From Eledone cirrhosa (taxonomy: Eukaryota), in assembly GCA_964016885.1 (NCBI GenBank), contig OZ024742.1, positions 250,542,001 through 250,606,000 on the forward strand: DNA of 64,000 bases, written 5' to 3'. Of the stretch, positions 47,801 to 61,135 are shown piece after piece. Made by a program: the position numbers and the translations under genes. The first letter of the stretch is position 1. The number at the start of each line of letters is the position of its first letter. Below the pieces are notes generated by a model. It was given only the letters and a program-made list of their open reading frames with translations, made no database searches and was not told where the DNA came from.

Positions 47801-50800
47801 ACAACAACAACAACAGTAGCACTAACAACAGCCACAACAACAACAGCAACAGTAGCACTAACAACAGCCACAACAACAACAACAGTAGCACTAACAACAG
47901 CCACAACAACAACAACAGTAGCACTAACAACAGCCACAACAAAAACAGTTGCACTAACAACAGCCACAACAACAACAACAGTAGGACTAACAACAGCCAC
48001 AACAACAACAGCAACAGTAGCACTAACAACAGCCACAACAACAACAACAGTAGCACTAACAACAGCCACAACAACAACAGTTGCACTAACAACAGCCACA
48101 ACAACAACAACAGTAGCACTAACAACAGCCACAACAACAACAGCAACAGTAGCACTAACAACAGCCACAACAACAACAACAGTAGTACTAACAACAGCCA
48201 CAACAACAACAATTGCACTAACAACAGCCACAACAACAACAACAGTAGCACTAACAACAGCCACAACAACAACAACAGTAGCACTAACAACAGCCACAAC
48301 AACAGCAACAGTAGCACTAACAACAGCCACAACAACAACAACAGTAGCACTAACAACAGCCACAACAACAACAGTTGCAGTAACAACAGCCACAACAACA
48401 ACAACAGTAGCACTAACAACAGCCACAACAACAACAGTTGCACTAACAACAGCCACAACAACAAGAGTAGCACTAACAACAGCCACAACAACAACAGTAG
48501 CACTAACAACAGCCACAACAACAACAGCAACAGTAGCACTAACAACAGCCACAACAACAACAACAGTAGCACTAACAACAGCCACAACAACAACAGTTGC
48601 ACTAACAACAGCCACAACAACAACAACACTAGCACTAACAACAGCCACAACAACAACAGTAGCACTAACAACAGCCACAACAACAACAAAATGTAGCACT
48701 AACAACAGCCACAACAACAACAACAGTAGCACTAACAAAAGCCACAACAACAACAACAGTGGGACTAACAACAGCCACAACAACAACATCAGTAGCACTA
48801 ACAACAGCCACAACAACAACAACAGTAGCACTAACAAAAGCCACAACAACAACAACAGTAGCACTAACAACAGCCACAACAACAACAACAGTAGCACTAA
48901 CAACAGCCACAACAACAACAACAACAGTTGCACTAACAACAGCCACAACAACAACAACAGTAGCACTAACAACAGCCACAACAACAACAGTAGCACTAAC
49001 AACAGCCACAACAACAACAGTAGCACTAACAACAGCCACAACAACAACAACAGTAGCACTAACAACAGCCACAACAACAACAACAGTAGCACTAACAACA
49101 GCCACAACAACAACAGTAGCACTAACAACAGCCACAACAACAACAACAGTAGCACTAACAACAGCCACAACAACAACAGTAGCACTAACAACAGCCACAA
49201 CAACAACAACAGAAGCACTAACAACAGCCACAACAACAACAGTAGCACTAACAACAGCCACAACAACAACAACAGTAGCAGTAACAACAGCCACAACAAC
49301 AACAGTTGCACTAACAACAGCCACAACAACAACAACAGTAGCACTAACAACAGCCACAACAACAACAACAGTAGCACTAACAACAGCCACAACAACAACA
49401 GTAGCACTAACAACAGCCACAACAACAACAACAGTAGCACTAACAACAGCCACAACAACAACAACAGTAGCACTAACAACAGCCAGAACAACAACAACAG
49501 TAGCACTAACAACAGCCACAACAACAACAACAACAACAACAACAGTAGCACTAACAACAGCCACAACAACAACAACAACAATAGCACTAACAACAGCCAC
49601 AACAACAACAGTAGCACTAACAAAAGCCACAACAACAACAACAGTAGCACTAACAACAGCCACAACAACAACAACAGTAGCACTAACAACAGCCACAACA
49701 ACAACAACAACAGTTGCACTAACAACAGCCACAACAACAACAACAACAGTAGCACTAACAACAGCCACAACAACAACAACAGTAGCACTATCAACAGCCA
49801 CAACAACAACAACAGTAGGACTAACAACAGCCACAACAACAACAACAGTAGCACTAACAACAGCCACAACAACAACAACAGTAGCACTAACAACAGCCAC
49901 AACAACAACAACAACAACAGTAGCACTAACAACAGCCACAACAACAACAACAACAGTTGCACTAACAACAGCCACAACAACAACAACAACAACAGTAGCA
50001 CTAACAACAGCCACAACAACAACAACAGTAGCACTAACAACAGCCACAACAACAACAACAACAGTAGTACTAACAACAGCCACAACAATAACAACAGTAG
50101 CACTAACAGCAGCCACAACAACAACAACAGTAGCACTTACAACAGCCACAACAACAACAACAACAGTAGCACTAACAACAGCCACAACAACAACAACAGT
50201 AGCACTAACAACAGCCACAACAACAACAACAACAACAGTAGCACTAACAACAGCCACAACAACAACAGTAGCACTAACCACAACCACAACAACAACAACA
50301 GTAGCACTAACAACAGCCACAACAACAACAGTAGCACTAACAACAGCCACAACAACAACAATAGTAGCACTAACAACAGCCACAACAACAACAACAACAG
50401 TAGTACTAACAACAGCCACAACAATAACAACAGTAGCACTAACAACAGCCACAACAACAACAACAGTAGCACTAACAACAGCCACAACAACAACAACAAC
50501 AGTAGCACTAACAACAGCCACAACAACAACAACAGTAGCACTAACAACAGCCACAACAACAACAACAACAACAGTAGCACTAACAACAGCCACAACAACA
50601 ACAGTAGCACTAACAACAGCCACAACAACAACAACAGTAGCACTAACAACAGCCACAACAACAACAACAACAGTAGCACTAACAACAGCCACAACAACAA
50701 CAACAGTAGCACTAACAACAGCCACAACAACAACAACAGTAGCACTAACAACAGCCACAACAACAACAATAACAACAGTAGCACTAACAACAGCCACAAC

Positions 50801-53800
50801 AACAACAGTAGCACTAACAACAGCCACAACAACAACCACAGTAGCACTAACAACAGCCACAACAACAACAAGAACAGTAGCACTAACAAGAGCCACAACA
50901 ACAACAACAGTAGCACTAACAACAGCCACAACAACAACAACAGTAGCACTAACAACAGCCACAACAACAACAACAGTAGCACTAACAACAGCCACAACAA
51001 CAACAACAACAACAACAGTAGCACTAACAACAGCCACAACAACAACAACAACAGTAGTACTAACAACAGCCACAACAATAACAACAGTAGCACTAACAAC
51101 AGCCACAACAACAACAACAGTAGCACTAACAACAGCCACAACAACAACAACAACAACAGTAGCACTAACAACAGCCACAACAACAACAGTAGCACTAACA
51201 ACAGCCACAACAACAACAACAGTAGCACTAACAACAGCCACAACAACAACAACAGTAGCACTAACAACAGCCACAACAACAACAACAGTAGCACTAACAA
51301 CAACCACAACAACAACAACAGTAGCACTAACAACAGCCACAACAACAACAACAACAGTTGCACTAACAACAGCCACAACAACAACAACAGTAGCACTAAC
51401 AACAGCCACAACAACAACAACAACAGTAGCACTAACAACAGCCACAACAACAACAGTAGCACTAACAACAGCCACAACAACAACAACAACAATAGCACTA
51501 ACAACAGCCACAACAACACCAACAGTAGCACTAACAACAGCCACAACAACAACAACAACAGTAGCACTAACAACAGCCACAACAACAACAAGAACAGTAG
51601 CACTAACAACGGCCACAACAACAACAACAGTAGCACTAACAACAGCCACAACAACAACAACAGTAGCACTAACAACAGCCACAACAACAACAACAGTAGC
51701 ACTAACAACAGCCACAACAACAACAACAACAACAGTAGCACTAACAACAGCCACAACAACAACAACAACAGTAGTACTAACAACAGCCACAACAATAACA
51801 ACAGTAGCACTAACAACAGCCACAACAACAACAACAGTAGCACTAACAACAGCCACAACAACAACAACAAAAGTAGCACTAACAACAGCCACAACAACAA
51901 CAACAGTAGCACTAACAACAACCACAACAACAACAACAGTGGCACTAACAACAGCCACAACAACAACAACAACAGTTGCACTGACAACAGCCACAACAAC
52001 AACAACAGTAGCACTAACAACAGCCACAACAACAACAACAGTAGCACTAACAACAGCCACAACAACAACAACAGTAGCACTAACAACAGCCACAACAACA
52101 ACAACAACAACAGTAGCACTAACAACAGCCACAACAACAACAACAGTAGCACTAACAGCAGCCACAACAACAACAACAACAACAGTAGCACTAACAACAG
52201 CCACAACAACAACAACAACAGTAGCACTAACAACAGCCACAACAACAACAACAACAATAGCACTAACAACAGCCACAACAACAACAACAGTAGCACTAAC
52301 AGCAGCCACAACAACAACAACAACAACAGTAGCACTAACAACAGCCACAACAACAACAAGAACAGTAGCACTAACAACAGCCACAACAACAACAACAGTA
52401 GCACTAACAACAGCCACAACAACAACAACAGTAGCACTAACAACAGCCACAACAACAACAACAGTAGCACTAACAACAGCCACAACAACAACAACAACAA
52501 CAGTAGCACTAACAACAGCCACAACAACAACAACAACAGTAGTACTATCAACAGCCACAATAATAACAACAGTAGCACTAACAACAGCCACAACAACAAC
52601 AACAGTAGCACTAACAACAGCCACAACAACAACAACGACAGTAGCACTAACAACAGCCACAACAACAACAACAGTAGCACTAAGAACAACCACAACAACA
52701 ACAACAGTGGCACTAACAACAGCCACAACAACAACAACAACAGTTGCACTAACAACAGCCACAACGACAACAACAGTAGCACTAACAACAGCCACAACAA
52801 CAACAACAACAGTAGCACTAACAACAGCCACAACAACAACAACAGTAGCACTAACAACAGCCACAAAAACAACAACAACAATAGCACTAACAACAGCCAC
52901 AACAACAACAACAGTAGCACTAACAACAGCCACAACAACAACAACAACAGTAGCACTAACAACAGCCACAACAACAACAACAACAATAGCACTAACAACA
53001 GCCACAACAACAACAACAGTAGTACTAACAACAGCCACAACAACAACAGTAGCACTAACAACAGCCACAACAACAACAACAGTAGCACTAACAACAGCCA
53101 CAACAACAACAACAACAGTAGTACTAACAACAGCCACAACAATAACAACAGTAGCACTAACAACAGCCACAACAACAACAACAGTAGCACTAACAACAGC
53201 CACAACAACAACAACAACAGTAGCACTAACAACAGCCACAACAATAACAACAACAATAGCACTAACAACAGCCACAACAACAACAGTAGCACTAACAACA
53301 GCCACAACAACAACAGTAGCACTACCAACAGCCACAGCTACAACAGTAGTACTAACAACAGCCACAACGGCAGCAACAACAACAGTCGCACTAACAACAG
53401 CCACAACAACAACAACAACAACAGTAGTACTAACAACAGCCACAACAACAACAACAGTAGCACTAACAACAGCCACAACAACAACAACAACAGTAGCACT
53501 AACAACAGCCACAATAACAACAACAGTAGCACTAAAAACAGCCACAACAACAACAACAGTAGCACTAACAACAGCTACAACAACAACAGTAGCACTAACA
53601 ACAGCCACAACAACAACAACAACAATAGCACTAACAACAGCCACAACAACAAGAACAGTAGCACTAACAACAACCACAACAACAGTAGCACTAACAACAG
53701 CCACAACAACAACAGTAGCAATAACAGCCACAACAACAACAACAGTAGCACTAACACCAGCCACAACAACAACAATAGTAGTACTAACAACAGCCAGAAC

Positions 53801-55345
53801 AACAACAACAACAATAGCACTAACAACAGCCACAACAACAACAATAGTAGTACTAACAACAACCACAACAACAACAGCCACAACAACAACAATAACAGTA
53901 GCACTAACAACAGCCACAACAACAACAACAACAGTAGCACTAACAACAGCCACAACAACAACAACAACAATAGCACTAACAACAGCCACAACAACAACAA
54001 CAGTAGCACTAACAACAGCCACAACAACAACAACAACAGTAGCACTAACAACAGCCACAACAACAACAACAGTAGCACTAACAACAGCCACAACAACAAC
54101 AACAACAGTAGTACTAACAACAGCCACAACAATAACAACAGTAGCACTAACAACAGCCACAACAACAACAACAGTAGCACTAACAACAGCCACAACAACA
54201 ACAACAACAGTAGCACTAACAACAGCCACAACAATAACAACAACAATAGCACTAACAACAGCCACAACAACAACAGTAGCACTAACAACAGCCACAGCTA
54301 CAACAGTAGCACTAACAACAGCCACAACGACAGCAACAACAACAGTCGCACTAACAACAGCCACAACAACAACAACAACAACAGTAGCACTAACAACAGC
54401 CACAACAACAACAACAACAGTAGCACTAACAACAGCCACAATAACAACAACAGTAGCACTAAAAACAGCCACAACAACAACAACAGTAGCACTAACAACA
54501 GCTACAACAACAACAGTAGCACTAACAACAGCCACAACAACAACAACAACAATAGCACTAACAACAGCCACAACAACAAGGACAGTATTACTAACAACAA
54601 CCACAACAACAGTAGCACTAACAACAGCCACAACAACAACAGTAGCACTAACAGCCACAACAACAACAATAGTAGTACTAACAACAACCACAACAACAAC
54701 AGCCACAACAACAACAATAACAGTAGCACTAACAACAGCCACAACAACAACAATAGTAGTACTAACAACAACCACAACAACAACAGCCACAACAACAACA
54801 ATAACAGTAGCACTAACACCAGCCACAACAACAACAATAGTAGTACTAACAACAACCACAACAACAACAGCCACAACAACAACAATAACAGTAGCACTAA
54901 CAACAGCCACAACAACAACAACAACAGTAGCACTAACAACAGCCACAACAACAACAACAACAGTAGCACTAACACCAGCCTCAACAACAACAATAGTAGT
55001 ATTAACAACAACCACAACAACAACAACAGCCACAACAACAACAATAACAGTAGCACTAACAACAGCCACAACAACAACAACAGTAGCACTAACAACAGCC
55101 ACAACAACAACAATAACAGTAGCACTAATAAAAGCCACAACAACGACAACAACAGTAGCACTAACAACAGCCACAACAACAACAACAACAGTAGCACTAA
55201 CAACAGCCACGACGACAACAACAACAGTTGCACTAACAACAGCCACAACAACAACAACAGTAGCACTAACAACAACCACAACAACAACAACAGCCACAAC
55301 AACAACAGTAGCACTAACAACAGCCACGACGACAACAACAACAAA
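20840..55345. repeat. Giant minisatellite GTAGCACTAACAACAGCC(ACA)n, units mostly 30-45 bp, with higher-order repeats
   Basis: Continuous tandem array; constant 18 bp anchor plus a variable ACA run (usually 4-9). Variant markers recur at ~5.5 kb and 7566 bp spacing. Confidence 0.98.
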
Positions 55346-55465
55346 AATAGGTTGAAACAATAGAAAAATTACAATGTGCAGCAAAATAATAGAAACAACA
55401 ACAAAGAGACATAACAACAAGTAGAAGAAGAATAGGAAAATTGGGTGGAGGTGGAATAGATTAGG

Positions 55466-56040
55466 GTGATAATGGTGGTGATGATGATGGTGGTGGTGGT
55501 GGTGGTGGTGGTGGTGGTGGTGGTGGTATTGATGTTGATGATGAGGGTGGTGGGGTGGGGGGTGGCGATGGTGGTGGTGGTGGTGGTGGTGGTGGTGGTG
55601 GTGGTGGTGGTGCTATTGATGTTTATGATGAGGGAGGTGATGGGGGGGGGGGTATTGATGTTGATGATGAGGGTGGTGGTGGTGGTGGTGGTGGTGGCGA
55701 TGGTGGTGGTGGTGGTGGTGGTGGTGGTGGTGGTGGTGGTGGTATCGATGTTGATGATGAGGGTGGTGGTGGAGGTGGTGGTGGCGGTGGTGATGGTGGT
55801 GATGATGATGATGGTGGTGGTGGTGGTGGTGGTGGTGGTGATAAGGTGGTGATGATGATGATGGTGGTGGTGGTGGTGTGGTGGTGTTGGTATTGACTTT
55901 GATGATGAGGGTGGTGGTGGTGGTGGTGGTGGTGATGGTGATGATAATGATGATGATGATGAGTGATGGTGATGACGGTGATGATGGTGATGATGTTGAT
56001 GATGATGATGATGAGGAGGAGGAGGAGGAGGAGGAGGAGG
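55466..56040. repeat. (GGT)n tract punctuated by the anchor ATTGATGTTGATGATGAGGG, then (GAT)n/(GAG)n
   Basis: Anchor variants at ~55527, 55615, 55653, 55743 and 55891. Confidence 0.9.
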
Positions 56041-56231
56041 AGTAGGGGAGGAAGAAGTAGATGAGGAATATGACGGAGAGGAAAATGTCGGCCAACAAGG
56101 AAGACGGCAAAGAAGGAAGATTGTTGGGAAAAGGTCAGAATGTATGTGTGTCTGTGTGTGTGGGTGGGTGTTTAGGAGTGTCTGTATAAGTTTGTGTTTG
56201 TTCGTGTGTTATATATATATATATACATATA

Positions 56232-56266
<35 letters not shown>

Positions 56267-56299
56267 GTGTGTGTATGTGTGTGTGTGTGTGTGTGTGTC

Positions 56300-56331
<32 letters not shown>

Positions 56332-56473
56332 TAATATATATATACATATATGTATGTGTGTATATTTTTATGTGGATATAAGTTTGTGTTTGTATAGATG
56401 CGGGTGCGCTTTTGTGTAAATGTATATGCGTATGTATGTGTGTGTGTATGTGTGAGTGTGCGTGTGCGCGCGC

Positions 56474-56536
<63 letters not shown>

Positions 56537-56640
56537 GAATGGCAGACATCTTGGTTGCTTTGAAGGAGTTTCGGCTCGAATCCGTGTTATCTTGGAGAGA
56601 GAAAATGCGAGTATACTTTACTAGAACCATAAAAGAGACG

Positions 56641-56684
<44 letters not shown>

Positions 56685-57343
56685 GTATATATGTGTGTGC
56701 GTGTGGGTGTGGGTGGGTGTGGGTGTTTGTGTGTGTGTGTGTAGTTGTGTGGGTGTGAGTGTGTGTCTGTGTACATGCACGTTTATGAGTATATATATAA
56801 AAACAAATACGGGTCAGGCTACATGAGTATCTAGGTGTGGATTTGGCGGTGGTGGATGTGTTGGTAGTGGTGGTGGTGTCGGTAGTTGCGGTGGTGGTGG
56901 TGGTGGCGGCGCAGTTGCGGTGGTGGTGGTGGTGGCGGCAGCGGTGGCGGTGTTGCCAGGCCATAGCAGAAATATTTTACTGCAAGAGTACATGTACTTT
57001 CTTGTTTTTTTTTGTTTTTTTTTCATCTTAAGTAGGCATGAACTGTTTAAATATTGCTTTGTTCTAAAGCTATGGTCTCTGGTTCAAATGTCAGCCATGT
57101 TTGTTTTATACCAGCTTTACGTCAGTAGAATGGTTTGGTGGGGTGAATGGTTTGGTAGCTGGGAAGGTTTGTATGTATTTAGATGGATAGATGGATAGTC
57201 GGATGTATATATAAGCCCGTGAGTGTGTAGAGAGGTGTTATGACTAAATCCGATCCCTAGTTAACTGTTTATACATCTTTAACATCGCATATTTATATAT
57301 ATATGTGTGTGTGTGTGTATATGTTATATATATATATACATAT

Positions 57344-57728
<385 letters not shown>

Positions 57729-57888
57729 CCCCCCCCCCCCCTTTAGATAGATAGATATTCACCAGCCACTCTCCACAATGGCCGACTAAATACGCACGTT
57801 TGCTTTTTTTCCGCAATTTTTTCCCGTTTTCCCCGTTCCTTCCTCTTACCACTCTTTAATTTCTATTTATCTTCTATTTCTAATTCTA

Positions 57889-57924
57889 TCTTCTGATGAA
57901 GGACAAGTGTTCGAAACGTTAAGA
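57889..57924 (+). ncRNA. Minimal type I hammerhead ribozyme (Penelope pLTR type)
   Basis: TCTT-CTGATGA-a-GGAC aagt GTTC-GAAA-CG-TT-AAGA with palindromic AACGTT stem III. Followed by the tail TGTTATTTCTGTTTACCTTTTACA and (CA)n. Confidence 0.8.
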
Positions 57925-58011
57925 CTCTCTTCCCGGTATTTCAAGCATTAAACTAATATATTTCTTCCATGTACTGTTCTGTTTGTTTTGTTATTGTTAT
58001 TTCTGTTTACC

Positions 58012-58069
<58 letters not shown>

Positions 58070-58099
58070 GCGCGCGCACACACACACACATTTATAAAG

Positions 58100-58200
58100 T
58101 GTGGCTGAATTTGATTCTGAATCGTGAGGTTGTGAGTTCAATTCTCGGACTGGGTGATGCGTTATGTCCTTGGGCAAGACACTTTATTTTAAGTTGCTCT
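58100..58200 (+). mobile_element. Second tRNA-derived SINE type (CORE-like)
   Basis: B-box-like GAGTTCAATTCTC followed by TGTCCTTGGGCAAGACACTTT, resembling the CORE-SINE domain. Confidence 0.6.
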
Positions 58201-58369
58201 TTCTACCTGGAGTTGCGACAGATAGATAGTAACAGCAATTTGAAAGACCAATGGAAACACTGTTTCCTCGGTTCGATTTGACGAAAAGTCGATTGACTGT
58301 CGATATATATGTATGCTGGTTGTCGCTTGATCTCGATGAATGAGCACGACTCGTCTTGTATGTTCAACT

Positions 58370-59045
58370 TTTATTTGTATTATTTATTTTTAATTGGAAA
58401 ATTTTGTACGTACTGTAAGCCCATAAATTGTATTTAAGGTCAGACATGGAGTGACAGATTTTCTGACAAATTTTACAATCGAGTCTAGAGTCTTGATGGT
58501 AAAATGTTTCTCCCTGAATTATTGCCGTTTCAGTGGATTTTATCATTTTTCTTAAAGTCATCGGATGATTTGCATCCTTGTGACAGAACTGACATACAAA
58601 GTATGTGTTCAATTCATATGCAAATTGGTTTGTGCGACATTAAATGGGATTTGTGACCAGTATTTGATAGATATACCCTATTACAATGTCAACAGAGAAA
58701 AAGTCTAAGATTATTATTTTCGGCATTAAAGTATAAGTCCTGTTTTCATGCAACCTTTTGGAGTTAAGCCTATCTAACATGTTTCTCCTCAAAATTACCC
58801 ACACTCTACATTATCTTGTATCACCAATATGTCCGTTCATGAGCTTTGTCTTCCCAGTTGTTACAATTTATTTTTACTTTCCTCAATCTCTCTTTTAATG
58901 TATCTTTGTATCGTTTCTTGGTTTATGGCGCAGTCTCTTTTCTATCTTTAGTTCGCCGTAGAAACCTTCTTTTAGGAATGCGGCTATCTTAACAATGCCT
59001 AAACTCTACTTTCCCAAGTATTGATTTAACAAAGCAATTCTCTTA
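58370..59045 (-). pseudogene. RTE-like LINE 3' fragment
   Basis: LKEGFYGELKIEKR.../KRYKDTLKERL plus C-terminal CxxC motifs (CQFC, CKIC). Confidence 0.7.
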
Positions 59046-59071
59046 CTAGTCTAAACTGGTAACCCCTAATG

Positions 59072-59123
<52 letters not shown>

Positions 59124-59128
<5 letters not shown>

Positions 59129-59737
59129 AAATGAAAATCCGAAGGCAAGGTAAAATTTCAATCATTTAATCACGACACATGTTTCAATAAGAGATAGATC
59201 GATTGTGAAGCCATGATCAATTATCACTGATCTCATCAGGTGAAAAGGAATTGTCTTCAAATTCTTGATATGAGGGAGAAAATAAACGATGTTCTCTCAC
59301 AGAATTCATTCCCTCATATGTATAGTCGGATGTATATATAAGCCCGTGAATGTGTAGTGAGGTGTTATGACTAAATCAGATCCCTAGTTAACTGTTTATA
59401 CATATGAGGGAATGAATTCTGTGAGAGAACATCGTTTTTTTTCTCCCTCATATCAAGAATTTGAAGACAATTCATTTTCACCTGATGAGATCAGTGTTAA
59501 TCGATCATGGCTTCACAATCGATCTATCTCTTATTGAAACATGTGTCGTGATTAAATGATTGGAATTTTACCTTGCCTTCGGATTTTCATGTTGATACTT
59601 ATACTCCGTTTTACATGATCTAGCTGTTCCCTTGAATGGAATTGGAGATATACAAAAGCATGGAGAACTTAATATTGCTAACATAAAGTTATTGGACCAT
59701 TTTACACAACCAATAATGCACCTTACTATATAACAAC
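59124..59737. mobile_element. Fold-back element in (TA)n: 201 bp arms, 72 bp spacer, tail
   Basis: 59124-59324 versus 59397-59597 with ~6 mismatches; tail to ~59737; (TA)n on both sides. Confidence 0.92.
59478..59551 (+). ncRNA. Hammerhead-like motif with enlarged stem II (mirror copy 59170-59243 on minus strand)
   Basis: TCAC-CTGATGA-[47 nt containing an ATCGAT/ATCGAT pair]-GAAA-C atgt G-TC-GTGA; GUC triplet. The base of stem II is irregular. Confidence 0.6.
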
Positions 59738-59755
59738 TATATATATATATATATA

Positions 59756-60171
59756 ATGTAGGAGGTGAGTTTTATTGTAGTACAATAAAGCAATGCAGAT
59801 ATCGGATAAGAAGCACTCTACAGTTTGTGGGACTGGAGTATGCATAATATAAGATCAAAAGATGGTTAAAGGAGTTCCATATATTTTATTATGCGCATTT
59901 CAAAAACAAACATCATCAAGCAATAATATTTGTGTTTTCATCAGATAAAACAGGAGAACATGATATGAAGGCTAAAAAACACTTGTGGATAGTGCAGTTT
60001 TAAATCAACATATGTTGATTTAAAACTGCACTATCCACAAGTGTTTTTTAGCCTTCATATCATGTTCTCCTGTTTTATCTGATGAAAACACAAATATTAT
60101 TGCTTGATGATGTTTGTTTTTGAAATGCGCATGATAAAATATATGGAACTCCTTTAACCATCTTTTGATCT

Positions 60172-60179
<8 letters not shown>
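59756..60179. mobile_element. Fold-back element in (TA)n: 336 bp loop-less palindrome plus tail
   Basis: 59844-60179 is palindromic about 60011/60012 with one mismatch (59890 vs 60133). Confidence 0.93.
59884..59950 (-). ncRNA. Type I hammerhead ribozyme (mirror copy 60073-60139 on plus strand)
   Basis: TTTTAT-CTGATGA-aaaca CAAATATTATT gctt GATGATGTTTG ttttt-GAAA-TGCGCA-TA-ATAAAA; palindromic stem III ATGCGCAT; AUA triplet. Confidence 0.72.
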
Positions 60180-60238
<59 letters not shown>

Positions 60239-60339
60239 GGTATATATGTATATATGTATGTATGTAAAAGGTAAACAGAAATAACAGCACAATCGGTACA
60301 GTATATATTAGGTTAACGTTTGAAATAACAGCAAGAGGG

Positions 60340-60375
60340 CCTTAACGTTTCGGACGCTAGTCCTTCATCAGAAGA
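60340..60375 (-). ncRNA. Minimal type I hammerhead ribozyme, same family as 57889
   Basis: Minus strand reads TCTT-CTGATGA-a-GGAC tagc GTCC-GAAA-CG-TT-AAGG, followed by the same tail TGTTATTTCTGTTTACCTTTTACA. Confidence 0.82.
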
Positions 60376-60520
60376 AAGAATGAGAAATAAGATAGATTGA
60401 AGGGACGGACAGGGTGGAATTGTAAAAATGTCTTTAGATAAAAAATAACAGGTCCATTCATGTTGACATGTGTGTGTGTGCGGGTGTGGCTGTGGGTGTG
60501 GGTGTGGGTGTGGGTGGGTG

Positions 60521-60598
<78 letters not shown>

Positions 60599-60847
60599 TA
60601 TGTGTGTGTGTGTGCGTGTGTGTGTGTGCGCATGTGTGTGTAGTTCAAGAATAAACAAGACAAACACAGAGATACAGAAACATAGTTTTATTAGATTCAC
60701 ACTTGGGAATATAACGAAAAAAGAAGCAAATAAATGTCTCAACGTATCGGACATAAGTCCTTTGTTAGGAAAGAGCTAAGTTTGGAGACGGGGGAGGCTG
60801 GAAAATGGAAGCCGGAAGGCTAGGGAAAAAACAATGTGTGTGTGTAG

Positions 60848-61135
60848 AAGGTACAGCGATCAACTGAGACAATTGCTCAAACTGCGCAAGAATCCCCAAG
60901 CGCAATGGGTAGATTTGGCTCATGACAATACTTGCTGGCGTTTAATCTTTGTCACCCAAGAAACGCAGCTACAGTTAGTTGAAGGAGGTCTGCAATGTAA
61001 ACAGGGAGACCAACATTTCCGAGCAGCAGACTGCAACATCTGCCCATCTATGCTCCACATGCTCCTGAAGTTGCAGTTACTACATCGGCCTACATGGACA
61101 CATACACACACTCTTAAACAATGGCGGCCAGCTAA
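60848..61135 (+). pseudogene. RTE-like LINE 3' fragment
   Basis: RRYSDQLRQLLK...WVDLAHDNTCWR, then CNIC...IGLHGHIHTH (C2H2-like terminus across a frameshift). Confidence 0.7.

Noticed and set aside
20840-55345. CRISPR-like array (constant repeat plus variable spacer)
   Set aside because: The spacers are only ACA runs, the context is eukaryotic and there are no cas genes.
20713-55420. Giant ORFs (7280 aa Val-rich, 4726 aa Thr-rich, Asn-rich, Leu-rich) as protein-coding genes
   Set aside because: Triplet-based repeat whose codons cannot reach a stop in one step; several frames open at once; starts are mostly non-ATG or inside the repeat; the Val ORF ends in a SINE; frameshifted units were amplified. 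Not called CDS without transcript evidence.
56465-56490. (CG)n within (TG)n as Z-DNA, and (GGGGGT)n at 12091-12120 as a G-quadruplex
   Set aside because: Physically plausible but expected in such microsatellite-rich DNA; no evidence of function.
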